Position numbers and translations under genes: made by a program. Below the pieces are notes generated by a model. The model saw only the letters and a list, made by a program, of their open reading frames with translations, was not told where the DNA came from and made no database searches. Source: Alphaproteobacteria bacterium (GTDB lineage: Bacteria; Pseudomonadota; Alphaproteobacteria; Rs-D84). From it: a stretch of 64,000 nucleotides of DNA. Shown one piece after another: positions 37,649-46,138 of the stretch. Location of the stretch: assembly GCA_017546265.1 (NCBI GenBank), contig JAFYXG010000012.1, positions 76,973 to 140,972 on the forward strand, read 5' to 3'. Numbering within the stretch: position 1 is the first letter of the stretch; each line of letters opens with the position of its first letter.

Positions 37649-37671
37649 TCCCGGACTTCCGGGATTTTTTT
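37649..37671 (+). terminator. intrinsic terminator after the duplicated tRNA 3' end
   Basis: TCCCGGA-ct-TCCGGGA followed by T7. Confidence 0.5.
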
Positions 37672-37782
37672 ATTTATAAAAATTCTTTAATTTCGCCCGA
37701 ATTTGTCTGTTTTAGCGGATATGTTTACATATACTGGACATAATTTCGGACATAAAAACACCGCCCACTCGGGCGGTGGGGA

Positions 37783-38664
37783 TTATCGTGTGTTTTGCTT
37801 TTCTTTGTTAAATGCAGACAAGATTTCTGTGGCATTATGATGCATATGTTGTTGGATGGTACGAAATGATGCGTTTTCTCCTATTCGAATCCAGCCACGG
37901 GGGTATTTTTCAAACTGTTTGGTTTTTGGATTGTATGAAATAAACGTGCTGTAAAATATTGCTGTTAAATCATACGGATCGTCATCTTCATCAATCTGGG
38001 ACGAATGATTAGGTTGGTGGGTGTATGTTCCCCAAGTGTATACTGTGGGGATGCTGGCGATAAATGCCAATTCACGACCATTGAAATCTGGGTGTGATTC
38101 TAACAAGTGTTTTATGTTGGATAGTGCTTCTACTTCGCTATCTTTTTGGTAGTCTGGATTGTGGTAAAAATGGCATAAGTACAAATGACCCCAACGCACA
38201 TTTAACATTTGTTGAACCATTTTTGGGGTTAAATCAGTTATTTTATAAGAATTAGGTGTTGGTTCGGCCGGTGTTATTGTTTTATTTACAGTAGGTGTTG
38301 TTGTCTGTGGATTGTTTTGAACATTTTTCAACTGCCAATTTTTTATTGATTCCAATATATTTAAAATCTGTTCTGCCCTTTGTGGGGATGGTTTGTTGTC
38401 GGGGGGTAGATAATTCCAACGAATTTTTTGCCGCCAAAGTTCTATTTGTTTTATAACATCGTACATTTGGGGTGTGTTTTTAATGTGTGTTGATATCATA
38501 ATAGGATACCAGTCACGAAATTTGTCGTGATGGTGTTTGGGACTGTATTTTATGTTCGATATTGTAAGTTGTTTAAATAAATCAGCTGGGCATTTTGAAC
38601 GAAATTCTTGGTATGTTGATTGACCTATATAAATGTGTACATACTGATTGTTCTTTTCTTGCAT
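37783..38664 (-). CDS. orphan hypothetical protein (293 aa, two domains joined by a P/T/N-rich linker)
   Basis: Long ORF with no motif I recognise. Linker NNPQTTTPTVNKTITPAEPTPNS. Confidence 0.6.
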   Translation of the reverse strand: MQEKNNQYVHIYIGQSTYQEFRSKCPADLFKQLTISNIKYSPKHHHDKFRDWYPIMISTHIKNTPQMYDVIKQIELWRQKIRWNYLPPDNKPSPQRAEQILNILESIKNWQLKNVQNNPQTTTPTVNKTITPAEPTPNSYKITDLTPKMVQQMLNVRWGHLYLCHFYHNPDYQKDSEVEALSNIKHLLESHPDFNGRELAFIASIPTVYTWGTYTHQPNHSSQIDEDDDPYDLTAIFYSTFISYNPKTKQFEKYPRGWIRIGENASFRTIQQHMHHNATEILSAFNKEKQNTR

Positions 38665-38795
38665 GTTTGTCCTTTTATCTTATGTAAGATTTATGGCATA
38701 AAAAATGCGGATTTGCAAGTGGGGGTGGTTTTTCTGGGTTGATTATCTGTCTGATTTTGATATCATGCCTGTGATAAAAGAATAATGGGGGTGTC

Positions 38796-38948
38796 ATGAA
38801 TAAAAATCATAATCTAAATGAACGGGCCTGGGGGATTGCGTTTTTGGCGACTGTTAAAAAGTTTTTTAATGATGTTGTTAATGACTTTCGACAGGCACAA
38901 GCTGAACTGGATGCAGTGCGTGAAAAAATGGAACAACGCAGCAAATAA
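38796..38948 (+). CDS. possible small protein (50 aa), not in the ORF track
   Basis: Manual translation: MNKNHNLNERAWGIAFLATVKKFFNDVVNDFRQAQAELDAVREKMEQRSK. GGGGG SD 5 nt upstream. Confidence 0.35.
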   Translation: MNKNHNLNERAWGIAFLATVKKFFNDVVNDFRQAQAELDAVREKMEQRSK

Positions 38949-39011
38949 TAAATGATAGGTTTGTAATTTTTTTTGGATAAATATATATAATATCAAAAAA
39001 AGGAGAAAGTA

Positions 39012-39368
39012 ATGAAGGTTAGATTGTTGATTGTGTCTTTGTGTGCAATGTTTGTGTTGCCTGCCGTGGCGGCCGATGTGCCTAAAACATCGGGTAAGGC
39101 ACCAAAGGGAATGATGGGGGTGATAAGAAATCTGACCCAGGAACAGCAGGATTGTATTACAAAAAATGGTTGTGATTTGAAAGAGTTTTATAAAAAACCA
39201 AAGGTTGAAAAAAAATCTGATGGCGAAACAAAAAAACAGGTTGTAAAAGAAGGACAGAAGAAAATGGATATGGGATGTATTCGTGATGCAATGAAGAAAT
39301 GTGGAATCGCGTTGCCAACACTGCCGGATACACCCGCAGGTATAAATCCAAATAAAAAAAATAAATAA
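39012..39368 (+). CDS. secreted lysine-rich protein with four cysteines, function unknown
   Basis: AAGGAGAAA SD. Signal peptide MKVRLLIVSLCAMFVLPAVAA. Confidence 0.6.
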   Translation: MKVRLLIVSLCAMFVLPAVAADVPKTSGKAPKGMMGVIRNLTQEQQDCITKNGCDLKEFYKKPKVEKKSDGETKKQVVKEGQKKMDMGCIRDAMKKCGIALPTLPDTPAGINPNKKNK

Positions 39369-39373
39369 AAAAT

Positions 39374-39397
39374 ATCCCCAATAATGGGGATGTTTTT
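39374..39397 (+). terminator. intrinsic terminator
   Basis: ATCCCCA-ataa-TGGGGAT followed by GTTTTT. Confidence 0.6.
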
Positions 39398-39472
39398 GTG
39401 ATAAAATTTGTATCTGTTGACATTTTGTTTTCGTTTTTTTATCATACATCTGATTATGTGAAAGGGGATTTT

Positions 39473-39973
39473 ATGTTAAAGAAAATTTTGGTCGCACTTA
39501 TGGCTGTGTTGCCGGCAAAGGTTATGGCAAATCCGGCATGCCCAGTATGCACAATTGCAATTGGTGCTGGGTTGGATATCGCACGTAGATTGGGCGTGCC
39601 AGACAGTGTGGTTGGCCTGTGGGCCGGGGCTTTGCTGACGTTGCTGGGGTACTGGATGCTGAAATGGATGGATAAGAAAAATTGGTATTTCACTGGACGT
39701 GATGCAATCGTGATTGTGGCTTCTGTGGCGATGATTGGTTTTGTGTATTTGGGAACTGTTAAATATCATCCGGTATCTATTTGTGGGGCGTTTGTTATGG
39801 ACCCTGTATTGTTCGGTACAATCGCAGGGGCATTGATATTTATCGGAACTGGTAAATTATACCAATGGATGAAAAATAAAAACGGTGGACATGCTCACTT
39901 TCCATTTGAAAAGGTTGTTTTGCCGCTGGGGGCACTGTTGGTGGCCAGTTGGTTGATGGTATGGTGTCTGTAA
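39473..39973 (+). CDS. polytopic membrane protein with an N-terminal CPVC motif, function unknown
   Basis: AAGGGGA SD. MLKKILVALMAVLPAKVMANPACPVCTIAIGAG..., about four TM segments. Confidence 0.6.
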   Translation: MLKKILVALMAVLPAKVMANPACPVCTIAIGAGLDIARRLGVPDSVVGLWAGALLTLLGYWMLKWMDKKNWYFTGRDAIVIVASVAMIGFVYLGTVKYHPVSICGAFVMDPVLFGTIAGALIFIGTGKLYQWMKNKNGGHAHFPFEKVVLPLGALLVASWLMVWCL

Positions 39974-39998
39974 AATTATAATAAAAAGGGTAAACGTT

Positions 39999-40556
39999 AT
40001 GAAAAAAATAGAATCTGTTCAGGAATTTGTTGAAAAATTAGATGCTGCAAAAAAAGTGAACCCAAAAGACTTGTCAAGTGATCAGGATTTGACTATCGGT
40101 ATTATGAACCTGATTTCAATCGAAGAACATTTAATGTTTTCAGGTGCAAAAACAGGCAAGACGGAATTCTATGACCTGATTAACGATATTCGCGAAATGC
40201 GTAAAAATGCTATGTTGAAAATTATCCCTGCGTACGAAGGTGAAGTTTGGTGTATTTCTAAACATCTGTTGGCTGCATCTATGCGTGTGTTCGAAGTTGG
40301 TACCAAGGCACTGGCCGCGGGCGATAAAGAAACCGCATATTCCTTGTTTGACCAGTCGTATGAACTGTATTGCATGTTCTGGGGATTGAATATGGGGATG
40401 CTGACTGGTGAAAAGAAAGATGTAAAACCACAGAAAAAATCTGAGCCGGTTAAGGCGGTTGAAAAATCTGCCACAGTTGTAAAGGCAGAACAAAAAGGCG
40501 GTATGAGCAAGTTGAAAAGTTGGGTTAAAAATGCTGTCAACTGCTGTATCGAATAA
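39999..40556 (+). CDS. hypothetical soluble protein ending in a basic tract and -CCIE
   Basis: 185 aa, helical. C-terminus ...KLKSWVKNAVNCCIE. Confidence 0.6.
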   Translation: MKKIESVQEFVEKLDAAKKVNPKDLSSDQDLTIGIMNLISIEEHLMFSGAKTGKTEFYDLINDIREMRKNAMLKIIPAYEGEVWCISKHLLAASMRVFEVGTKALAAGDKETAYSLFDQSYELYCMFWGLNMGMLTGEKKDVKPQKKSEPVKAVEKSATVVKAEQKGGMSKLKSWVKNAVNCCIE

Positions 40557-40579
40557 AATAAATTATAATAATTCATCTA

Positions 40580-40636
40580 TGGGCGGGGGCGACAACTCAT
40601 GTAGCGTTTGTACACTACGTTGTCGCCCCCATCCCA
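40580..40636. repeat. long hairpin (12-bp GC-rich stem) presenting the conserved core ATGTAGCGTTTGTACACT
   Basis: GGGGGCGACAAC (40585-96) / GTTGTCGCCCCC (40619-30). The loop core at 40599-40616 matches 29363-29380 at 17 of 18 positions. No U-tract follows. Confidence 0.55.
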
Positions 40637-40731
40637 TATCTAAATCATTCTAATTGATTTTACGCATGTGATAGGGCAACTTTTGTTCTTGATTTTTTGT
40701 CCAATGTACGTATAATAAACACAGTTTTATT

Positions 40732-40805
40732 GCCCTAATAGTCTAGTGGTAAAACACGTCCTTGGTAAGGACGAGTCGCAAGTCCGATTCTTGCTTAGGG
40801 CACCA
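40732..40805 (+). tRNA. tRNA-Thr (anticodon GGU)
   Basis: 74-nt cloverleaf: GCCCTAA/TTAGGGC acceptor, anticodon stem CGTCC/GGACG, loop TTGGTAA, encoded CCA. Candidate TTGATT-16-TATAAT promoter at 40689-40716. Confidence 0.9.
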
Positions 40806-40825
40806 GAAATTCATCATCTGTTTTT

Positions 40826-40860
40826 ATAAAAAAATCCCCGTCAGTTGGGGATTTTTGTTT
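40826..40860. terminator. bidirectional intrinsic terminator (tRNA-Thr/sspB)
   Basis: A-run, AATCCCC-gtcagtt-GGGGATT, T-run. Confidence 0.6.
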
Positions 40861-40866
40861 TTTGTC

Positions 40867-41334
40867 TTAGGGGTGTCTTTTCTTGCGGAATTCGTCCAGT
40901 GATACAACACGACCCGGGTCGGGTACCGTTCCAGGCTTTTCATCCAATGGTAATTCCATGTCGTTATCCGCAGCAGCAGGTTGCGATTTGTTCTGGAATG
41001 ACAACATAAAGTCAACCGATGGGTCTTTGAATTCAACCAATGCTGAAAATGGAACGCGGATGAAAAATGGACGACCGTCAAATGTTAACTGGACACCAAA
41101 TTCTTTGTCCGATACGTGCAGGTTGTTATATGAATACTGAAGCACAATTGTCATTAAATCTGGATATCTGATACGCAGAAAATCTGGTAATACAACACCT
41201 GAATCACGGGTGCGAAATGTGATAAAGAAATGTGTGCCGTCCCCCAGACCGTTAAACTGGGCATGGACCAGGGCGTCTTTGACAACAGACTTTAATGCGT
41301 TGTCCAATAATGTTTGATAATCTATTCGTGCCAT
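40867..41334 (-). CDS. sspB: ClpXP adaptor SspB (alphaproteobacterial type)
   Basis: THFFITFRTRDSGVVLPDFLRIRYPDLMTIVLQYSYNNLHVSDKEFGVQLTFDGRPFFIRVPFSALVEFKDPSVDF fits the SspB fold pattern. Acidic C-terminal tail. Confidence 0.7.
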   Translation of the reverse strand: MARIDYQTLLDNALKSVVKDALVHAQFNGLGDGTHFFITFRTRDSGVVLPDFLRIRYPDLMTIVLQYSYNNLHVSDKEFGVQLTFDGRPFFIRVPFSALVEFKDPSVDFMLSFQNKSQPAAADNDMELPLDEKPGTVPDPGRVVSLDEFRKKRHP

Positions 41335-41339
41335 GTTAT

Positions 41340-42419
41340 TTACTCCGCCAATACTATATTATTTATTTCCCCGTCCTGGCAAGCAACAAATACTGCATCG
41401 GGTACATTTTTGAATATATTTTTATCCAGGCCCGTTGCCCATACCTGGGCATCTGCATCGCCCAATTCGCGAAACAGGTTTGTGCGGGCCGCTGCGTCAA
41501 GATGGGCCGCCGCTTCGTCCAGTAATATTATGGGGCGTTTGCCAGTCTTGCTGTGTATCAGTTTTGCATGTCCCAGTATCAATTCCAGTAATGCCATTTT
41601 CTGTTGGCCGGTGCTGGTTAAATGTGCGGGTAATTGCAATTCGTTATTATATACGCCAAAGTCTGATTTGTGCGGGCCGTCCAGTATCATTTTGTCGCCC
41701 GTTAATGTGCGATTGCTTTTTAAGTATTCCATGTATTTTCGTTCCGCATCGCCCGTGGATATGCCGTCAATCAACATACGTTCAATCATGCCAGATACAG
41801 ATACCGCACAACGTTTCAGAAAGTAATTTAATTCACCTGCATATTGTATACGACTGTGGGCAATTGTGACCGATGTGCCGGCAATCTGGGTATCCAGTGC
41901 GTCCAGCCAATGATTGTCTGAACCCGTCTTTAATGCATAGGCGCGTTCTGTCAGTAATTTAGATAACTTGGCCGTGCGACCAGAATGCGATGTGTCAAAA
42001 CTGGTGGCCAGGCGGTCGAAAAATGCACGCCGATCGGAACCACTGTCGATGAACAGGCGGTCTTCGCGGGGGGTAATCCAGACTATGCGTAAAATGCGTG
42101 CCAGGTCTGTTAAGGTGGCAGGTTCGCCGTCAATCTTGGCACGGCGATTGTTGTCACCATTTGTAAACTGGACCGATACTTCTGTTTCATCAAACAGATT
42201 TGCAAAAATAGAAAAACCACCACTGCCATTAAATCGTGCAATTTCGTTTATCGGAACACCACGCATGCCACGGTCGCCAGACAGCATAGATACCGCTTCG
42301 AGTATGGCGGTTTTACCCGCACCGTTGGGACCTGTGATAATGATGTTGCGTTTGCCGTATGTGGTTATGCGGCACATATTATGATTTCTGAAATCTGTCA
42401 GTGTCAGTGCGTTTATCAT
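41340..42419 (-). CDS. recF: DNA replication and repair protein RecF
   Basis: MINALTLTDFRNH..., Walker A GPNGAGKTA, signature SQGQQ-like STGQQKM, Walker B ILLDEAAAHLD. I prefer the internal ATG (about 42419) over the upstream TTG at 42464. Confidence 0.85.
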   Translation of the reverse strand: MINALTLTDFRNHNMCRITTYGKRNIIITGPNGAGKTAILEAVSMLSGDRGMRGVPINEIARFNGSGGFSIFANLFDETEVSVQFTNGDNNRRAKIDGEPATLTDLARILRIVWITPREDRLFIDSGSDRRAFFDRLATSFDTSHSGRTAKLSKLLTERAYALKTGSDNHWLDALDTQIAGTSVTIAHSRIQYAGELNYFLKRCAVSVSGMIERMLIDGISTGDAERKYMEYLKSNRTLTGDKMILDGPHKSDFGVYNNELQLPAHLTSTGQQKMALLELILGHAKLIHSKTGKRPIILLDEAAAHLDAAARTNLFRELGDADAQVWATGLDKNIFKNVPDAVFVACQDGEINNIVLAE

Positions 42420-42514
42420 GGCGATAATGGTACAAAAAATTATGCAGATGTACAAGAAAAACAAGGGAAATATTTATCGTTGAATCGGAATGTTCAATCC
42501 AGCCCCAAAAAATA

Positions 42515-42541
42515 AAAAATCACCCACAATGGGGTGCTTTC
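42515..42541 (-). terminator. intrinsic terminator after tRNA-Cys
   Basis: Minus RNA: GCACCCC-auug-(u)GGGUGA followed by U6. Confidence 0.5.
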
Positions 42542-42556
42542 TTATTTTTACAAAAG

Positions 42557-42630
42557 TGGAGGCCTGGGTCGGAATCGAACCGGCATCCAAGGATTTGCAG
42601 TCCTCTGCATAACCACTCTGCCACCAGGCC
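42557..42630 (-). tRNA. tRNA-Cys (anticodon GCA)
   Basis: GGCCTGG/CCAGGCC acceptor, loop CTGCAAA, U73 discriminator, encoded CCA. One C-A mismatch in the T-stem. Confidence 0.85.
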
Positions 42631-42687
42631 ACGAACTTTGTGTTCCCATATTACGCAAAAAAAAATTGTAATTCAACATAAAAATTG

Positions 42688-42725
42688 TATAATTGAAAAG
42701 AATATTCAGGGAAGAGAGAGTTAGT
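42688..42725 (+). promoter_or_regulatory. candidate -10 and conserved leader (GAATATTCAG plus purine tract) of the tolC/macA-like operon
   Basis: TATAAT 42688-93, GAATATTCAG 42700-09, GGAAGAGAGAG to 42720, ATG at 42726. Confidence 0.4.
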
Positions 42726-44054
42726 ATGAGATTTTTAGCATATTTGTTATTGTTTTGTGTTCCTTTTTCTGCGTTCGCGATTGAAGACTGTATGACACGT
42801 ACAACTGTGCCAAATGAAGAATTAAACTTGGGGCAGGTCATAGAATTGGGGTTGTGTAGAAATCCACAAACCGCAGCTGCATATATGGCTTACGAATCGT
42901 CTAGATTACAAAAAAATGCCAACTATGCAGATTATTTGCCCAGTGTAAATGCGTCTGCAAATGCATCGCTGCCATATCGTAATGAACAATGGGGGGATTG
43001 GTCGTATGGTGCTTCGTTGTCTGCTTCTTATTTGATTTTTGATTTTGGTAAAAGATTGGCTGATTTAAATCAGGCATCTGCTGCATGGCGGGCCGCTGGG
43101 TTCGATTATGATGAAACGGTGCAGAACTATATTTACGGTGTAATCAGTTCTTATTATGCGTTGTTAAAGGCTGATGCTGATGTGCAATCGGCCGAAATGC
43201 TCTTAAAAGTAGCAAAAACTGCACGGGATACCGCACAAAAAAAGTTCCAGGCGGGCGCAGTCGCAAAGGCTGATGTGTTAAAGGCTGATACAACCCTGGC
43301 CAGTCGTGAACTGGATCTAGAACGTGCAAAAAATAATCGTGAAATTACACGTGGAACTTTGTTGGCAAAGCTGTCTTTTGATGCAGAACAGGAAATTAAA
43401 ATCGCTGATATGCCATCAAATTTTGGTACACAAGAAGAAACAAAAACATTAGATGAACTGTTTGAACAGGCAAAAAAAACAAGACCTGATTTGCTGCGTG
43501 CAACCGCAAATAAGGATTCTGCGTGGCATCGCAGAAACAGTGTATGGCTAAGTAATTTACCGTCTGTGTCTGCTTCGGGGGCGTTGTCGTGGAATGATAC
43601 GCCGTCCGAAACGTTTGGTGCCGGAAATGATAATATCAGTGGCAGTATCGGAATTCGTGCGTCTATGCCGCTGTTTGCGGGGTTTGCAAATCTGTATAAT
43701 GCGCGTGCCGCACAGGTGAACTATGACAAGGCAGTGGAACAAGAACGGCAGACCGCAGATAATGCAAATCTGGATATTTTTACAGCGTATCAAAACTATA
43801 AAACAGCACAGACTGTGTTAAAGCAAACCGAAACTTTGTTAAAGTCCGCAACAGAAAGTGAACGTGTGACATCTGGTATGTACAAGGTCGGACGGGCCAC
43901 TATGTTGGATTGGCAGACGTCCCAGTCGGAATTGCTGGATGCGGAAAAACAAAATAATGCAGCAAAGTATGATTTGTTTACCAAGCGGGCCGCAGTGGCC
44001 TTGGCCGTGGGTGAAATTCGTGCAGAATTAGAAGGGGAAGAAAATGAAGAATAA
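42726..44054 (+). CDS. tolC: TolC-family outer-membrane efflux protein
   Basis: Signal peptide MRFLAYLLLFCVPFSAFA. Duplicated OEP repeats (YLPSVNASANAS..., LPSVSASGALSW...) and long helical segments. Confidence 0.8.
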   Translation: MRFLAYLLLFCVPFSAFAIEDCMTRTTVPNEELNLGQVIELGLCRNPQTAAAYMAYESSRLQKNANYADYLPSVNASANASLPYRNEQWGDWSYGASLSASYLIFDFGKRLADLNQASAAWRAAGFDYDETVQNYIYGVISSYYALLKADADVQSAEMLLKVAKTARDTAQKKFQAGAVAKADVLKADTTLASRELDLERAKNNREITRGTLLAKLSFDAEQEIKIADMPSNFGTQEETKTLDELFEQAKKTRPDLLRATANKDSAWHRRNSVWLSNLPSVSASGALSWNDTPSETFGAGNDNISGSIGIRASMPLFAGFANLYNARAAQVNYDKAVEQERQTADNANLDIFTAYQNYKTAQTVLKQTETLLKSATESERVTSGMYKVGRATMLDWQTSQSELLDAEKQNNAAKYDLFTKRAAVALAVGEIRAELEGEENEE

Positions 44055-45252
44055 TAAAAATAATAATCAACCAAAGGTGTCAATCTTGAAACGTGTGTGG
44101 GGGGTTGTTTGGCGTAAAAAATGGTGGATTTTGCTGGGGGCAGTTGTCGTACTGGGGGCTTGGTTGATTTGGGGCCGAAATAGTGATGACAAACAGGAAT
44201 TTATAACACTGAATATAACGCGTGGTGATTTGCGGCAGGTTGTTACTGCAACCGGTGAAATTATGCCCGTAAATACCGTTAACGTTGGTTCTCAGGTGTC
44301 TGGAACAATAGATAATTTGTATGTGGACTTTAATTCCAAAGTTAAAAAGGGGGATGTGCTGCTGACAATTGAACCGTCTGTTTTACAGGCAACAGTTGAT
44401 GAATCAAAAGCATCGCTGGACAGTGCGACATCACAGTTGAACTTTGCAAAAAGTGAATATAACAGAAATAAAATGCTGTATAGCGAGGGTTTTATTTCAC
44501 GTGCAGAAATGGAACAGTCGCAAACACAATATGAACAGGCTCAGCAATCTGTTAAAAGGGCACAGTCAACCTATGACCGGGCGGTGACAAATCTGGGGTA
44601 TGCAACAATTGTGTCGCCGGTTGATGGGACCGTTATTTCGCGCAAGGTGGATGTGGGACAAACCGTTGCGGCGTCTTTCCAGACACCTGACCTGTTCGAA
44701 ATTGCAGAAGATTTAACAAAAATGCAAATAGAGACCGCTGTGTCCGAGGCTGATATTGGTGTTATCAAAGATGGTCAAGCCGTGACATTTACTGTTGATG
44801 CCTATCCAACAGAAACTTTTGATGGGGTGGTGCGACAAATCAGATTGTCGCCAACGACTACTTCTAATGTGGTGGTTTATACGGTGGTGATAGATGTAGA
44901 TAATACTGATTTAAGACTGATGCCGGGGATGACCGCATTTGTGACAATTATTATTTCTGAAAAAGAAAATGTTTGGCGGGCGGCAAATTCTGCCTTCTTG
45001 ATTCGCAGTTTTGACAGATTTTTATCGCCCGAGGAAATTAACGGGGCAACACCTGTGTCGCATCTGGCAATACTGCGTGATGGGCAATTGGTGATGGTGC
45101 CATATACCAAGGGATTAAGTACAGCAACAGAAACAGAAATAATTTCTGATGAAATTCAAATGGGGGACAAGGTTATTGTTGGTAAAACAGGTATGACCAG
45201 TACAAATCCATCCCAGGGGAAGAACCCAATGCGTGGTGGCCCAAGAATGTAA
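44044..45252 (+). CDS. HlyD/MacA-family periplasmic efflux adaptor
   Basis: N-terminal TM anchor, lipoyl/hairpin/beta-barrel order: VNVGSQVSGTI...VKKGDVLL...coiled coil...IVSPVDGTVISRKVDVGQTV. Overlaps the tolC-like stop. Confidence 0.8.
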   Translation: MKNNKNNNQPKVSILKRVWGVVWRKKWWILLGAVVVLGAWLIWGRNSDDKQEFITLNITRGDLRQVVTATGEIMPVNTVNVGSQVSGTIDNLYVDFNSKVKKGDVLLTIEPSVLQATVDESKASLDSATSQLNFAKSEYNRNKMLYSEGFISRAEMEQSQTQYEQAQQSVKRAQSTYDRAVTNLGYATIVSPVDGTVISRKVDVGQTVAASFQTPDLFEIAEDLTKMQIETAVSEADIGVIKDGQAVTFTVDAYPTETFDGVVRQIRLSPTTTSNVVVYTVVIDVDNTDLRLMPGMTAFVTIIISEKENVWRAANSAFLIRSFDRFLSPEEINGATPVSHLAILRDGQLVMVPYTKGLSTATETEIISDEIQMGDKVIVGKTGMTSTNPSQGKNPMRGGPRM

Positions 45253-45257
45253 AACAA

Positions 45258-45288
45258 ATAATCCCCAAAACCGGGGATTTATTTTTTT
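45258..45288. terminator. bidirectional intrinsic terminator (overlaps the nth 3' end)
   Basis: ATCCCC-aaaacc-GGGGAT followed by TTATTTTTTT. Confidence 0.55.
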
Positions 45289-45926
45289 GCCCTGTGGGGA
45301 CAGTATTGGACGACCGGACATTTGTCGCATTCAGGTCGTAATGCTTTGCAGATGTACCGTCCGTGCAATACCATTACATGGTTTACAATTGCGTGGTATT
45401 TTTTGGGAATCTGTTTTAATAATTTTGTTTCCACCCGTTCGGGCGTGTTGTCTGTGTCGTCAACCCAGCCATAACGATGTGCGTTGCGAAAGACGTGCGT
45501 GTCAACCCCAATGCACGGCATTTGCCACAAAACATTGCAGATGACGTTTGCAGTCTTTTGTCCGATTCCAGGTAATTTCATCAGCATATCGCGATTATGA
45601 TATTTGTCCGGAAATGTGTCGGTCATGTTTTCGGCGACCAGACGTTCGGCCAGGGCCATTATATTCTTTGCCTTGTTATTAAAGAAAGAAATAACGCGTA
45701 TATGTTCCTTTAGCTCGTCAATCCCCAATTCCAACATTTTTTGTGGTGTGGGGGCAATGCGAAATAACGCAGGGGTTACCTCGTTCACCTTTTTATCTGT
45801 GGCCTGGGCAGATAAAATAACCGCCACCGCAAAGTTAAATTCGTTTGTGTGATACAGTTCCGACCGAATTGTCATATCAACGGTCGGTGGTACCAATTCG
45901 AAATATCTTTGCGGCGTCAGCGTCAT
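45279..45926 (-). CDS. nth: endonuclease III
   Basis: HhH LPGIGQKTANV, catalytic region VDTHVFR, 4Fe-4S ligands C-x6-C-x2-C-x5-C (CKALRPECDKCPVVQYC). Confidence 0.9.
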   Translation of the reverse strand: MTLTPQRYFELVPPTVDMTIRSELYHTNEFNFAVAVILSAQATDKKVNEVTPALFRIAPTPQKMLELGIDELKEHIRVISFFNNKAKNIMALAERLVAENMTDTFPDKYHNRDMLMKLPGIGQKTANVICNVLWQMPCIGVDTHVFRNAHRYGWVDDTDNTPERVETKLLKQIPKKYHAIVNHVMVLHGRYICKALRPECDKCPVVQYCPHRAKK

Positions 45927-46133
45927 TTATTTTGTCTTTTGCAACAGTTCTATTATTTTCTCATTTTGTGTTCTGATGGCCATCAGATTATACATAGTGA
46001 TATATTCTTTGGTGGTCAGTTCTACCTCGTCCATACACCCAAATTTTCTTGCACAGTTGCCGCCATGGCGAATCCATTGACATTGTGTTGAACCGGTGAA
46101 ATATAAAGAGCAAAACCTTTTTTTATCATTCAT
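45927..46133 (-). CDS. small four-cysteine protein of unknown function, packed between ileS and nth
   Basis: 68 aa. Start is 5 nt after the ileS stop, and the stop abuts the nth start. Cys at positions 8, 18, 27 and 33. Confidence 0.45.
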   Translation of the reverse strand: MNDKKRFCSLYFTGSTQCQWIRHGGNCARKFGCMDEVELTTKEYITMYNLMAIRTQNEKIIELLQKTK

Positions 46134-46138
46134 GTCTT

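Noticed and set aside
38814-39449. A 211-aa minus-strand ORF in the islet.
   Set aside because: Its sequence is low-complexity F/I/L/C-rich. It runs antisense to two better plus-strand ORFs that have SDs, a signal peptide and a terminator. It is a shadow ORF of AT-rich DNA.
40580-40636. I considered whether the GC-rich hairpins at 29353 and 40580 are integron attC-like sites.
   Set aside because: The stem ends do not fit the RYYYAAC / GTTRRRY core sites. No integrase or cassette organisation is present.
41314-41826. 170-aa and 144-aa plus-strand ORFs opposite recF.
   Set aside because: They run antisense to recF, which has a Walker A and an ABC-like signature. Their composition is typical of the reverse frame of a coding region.
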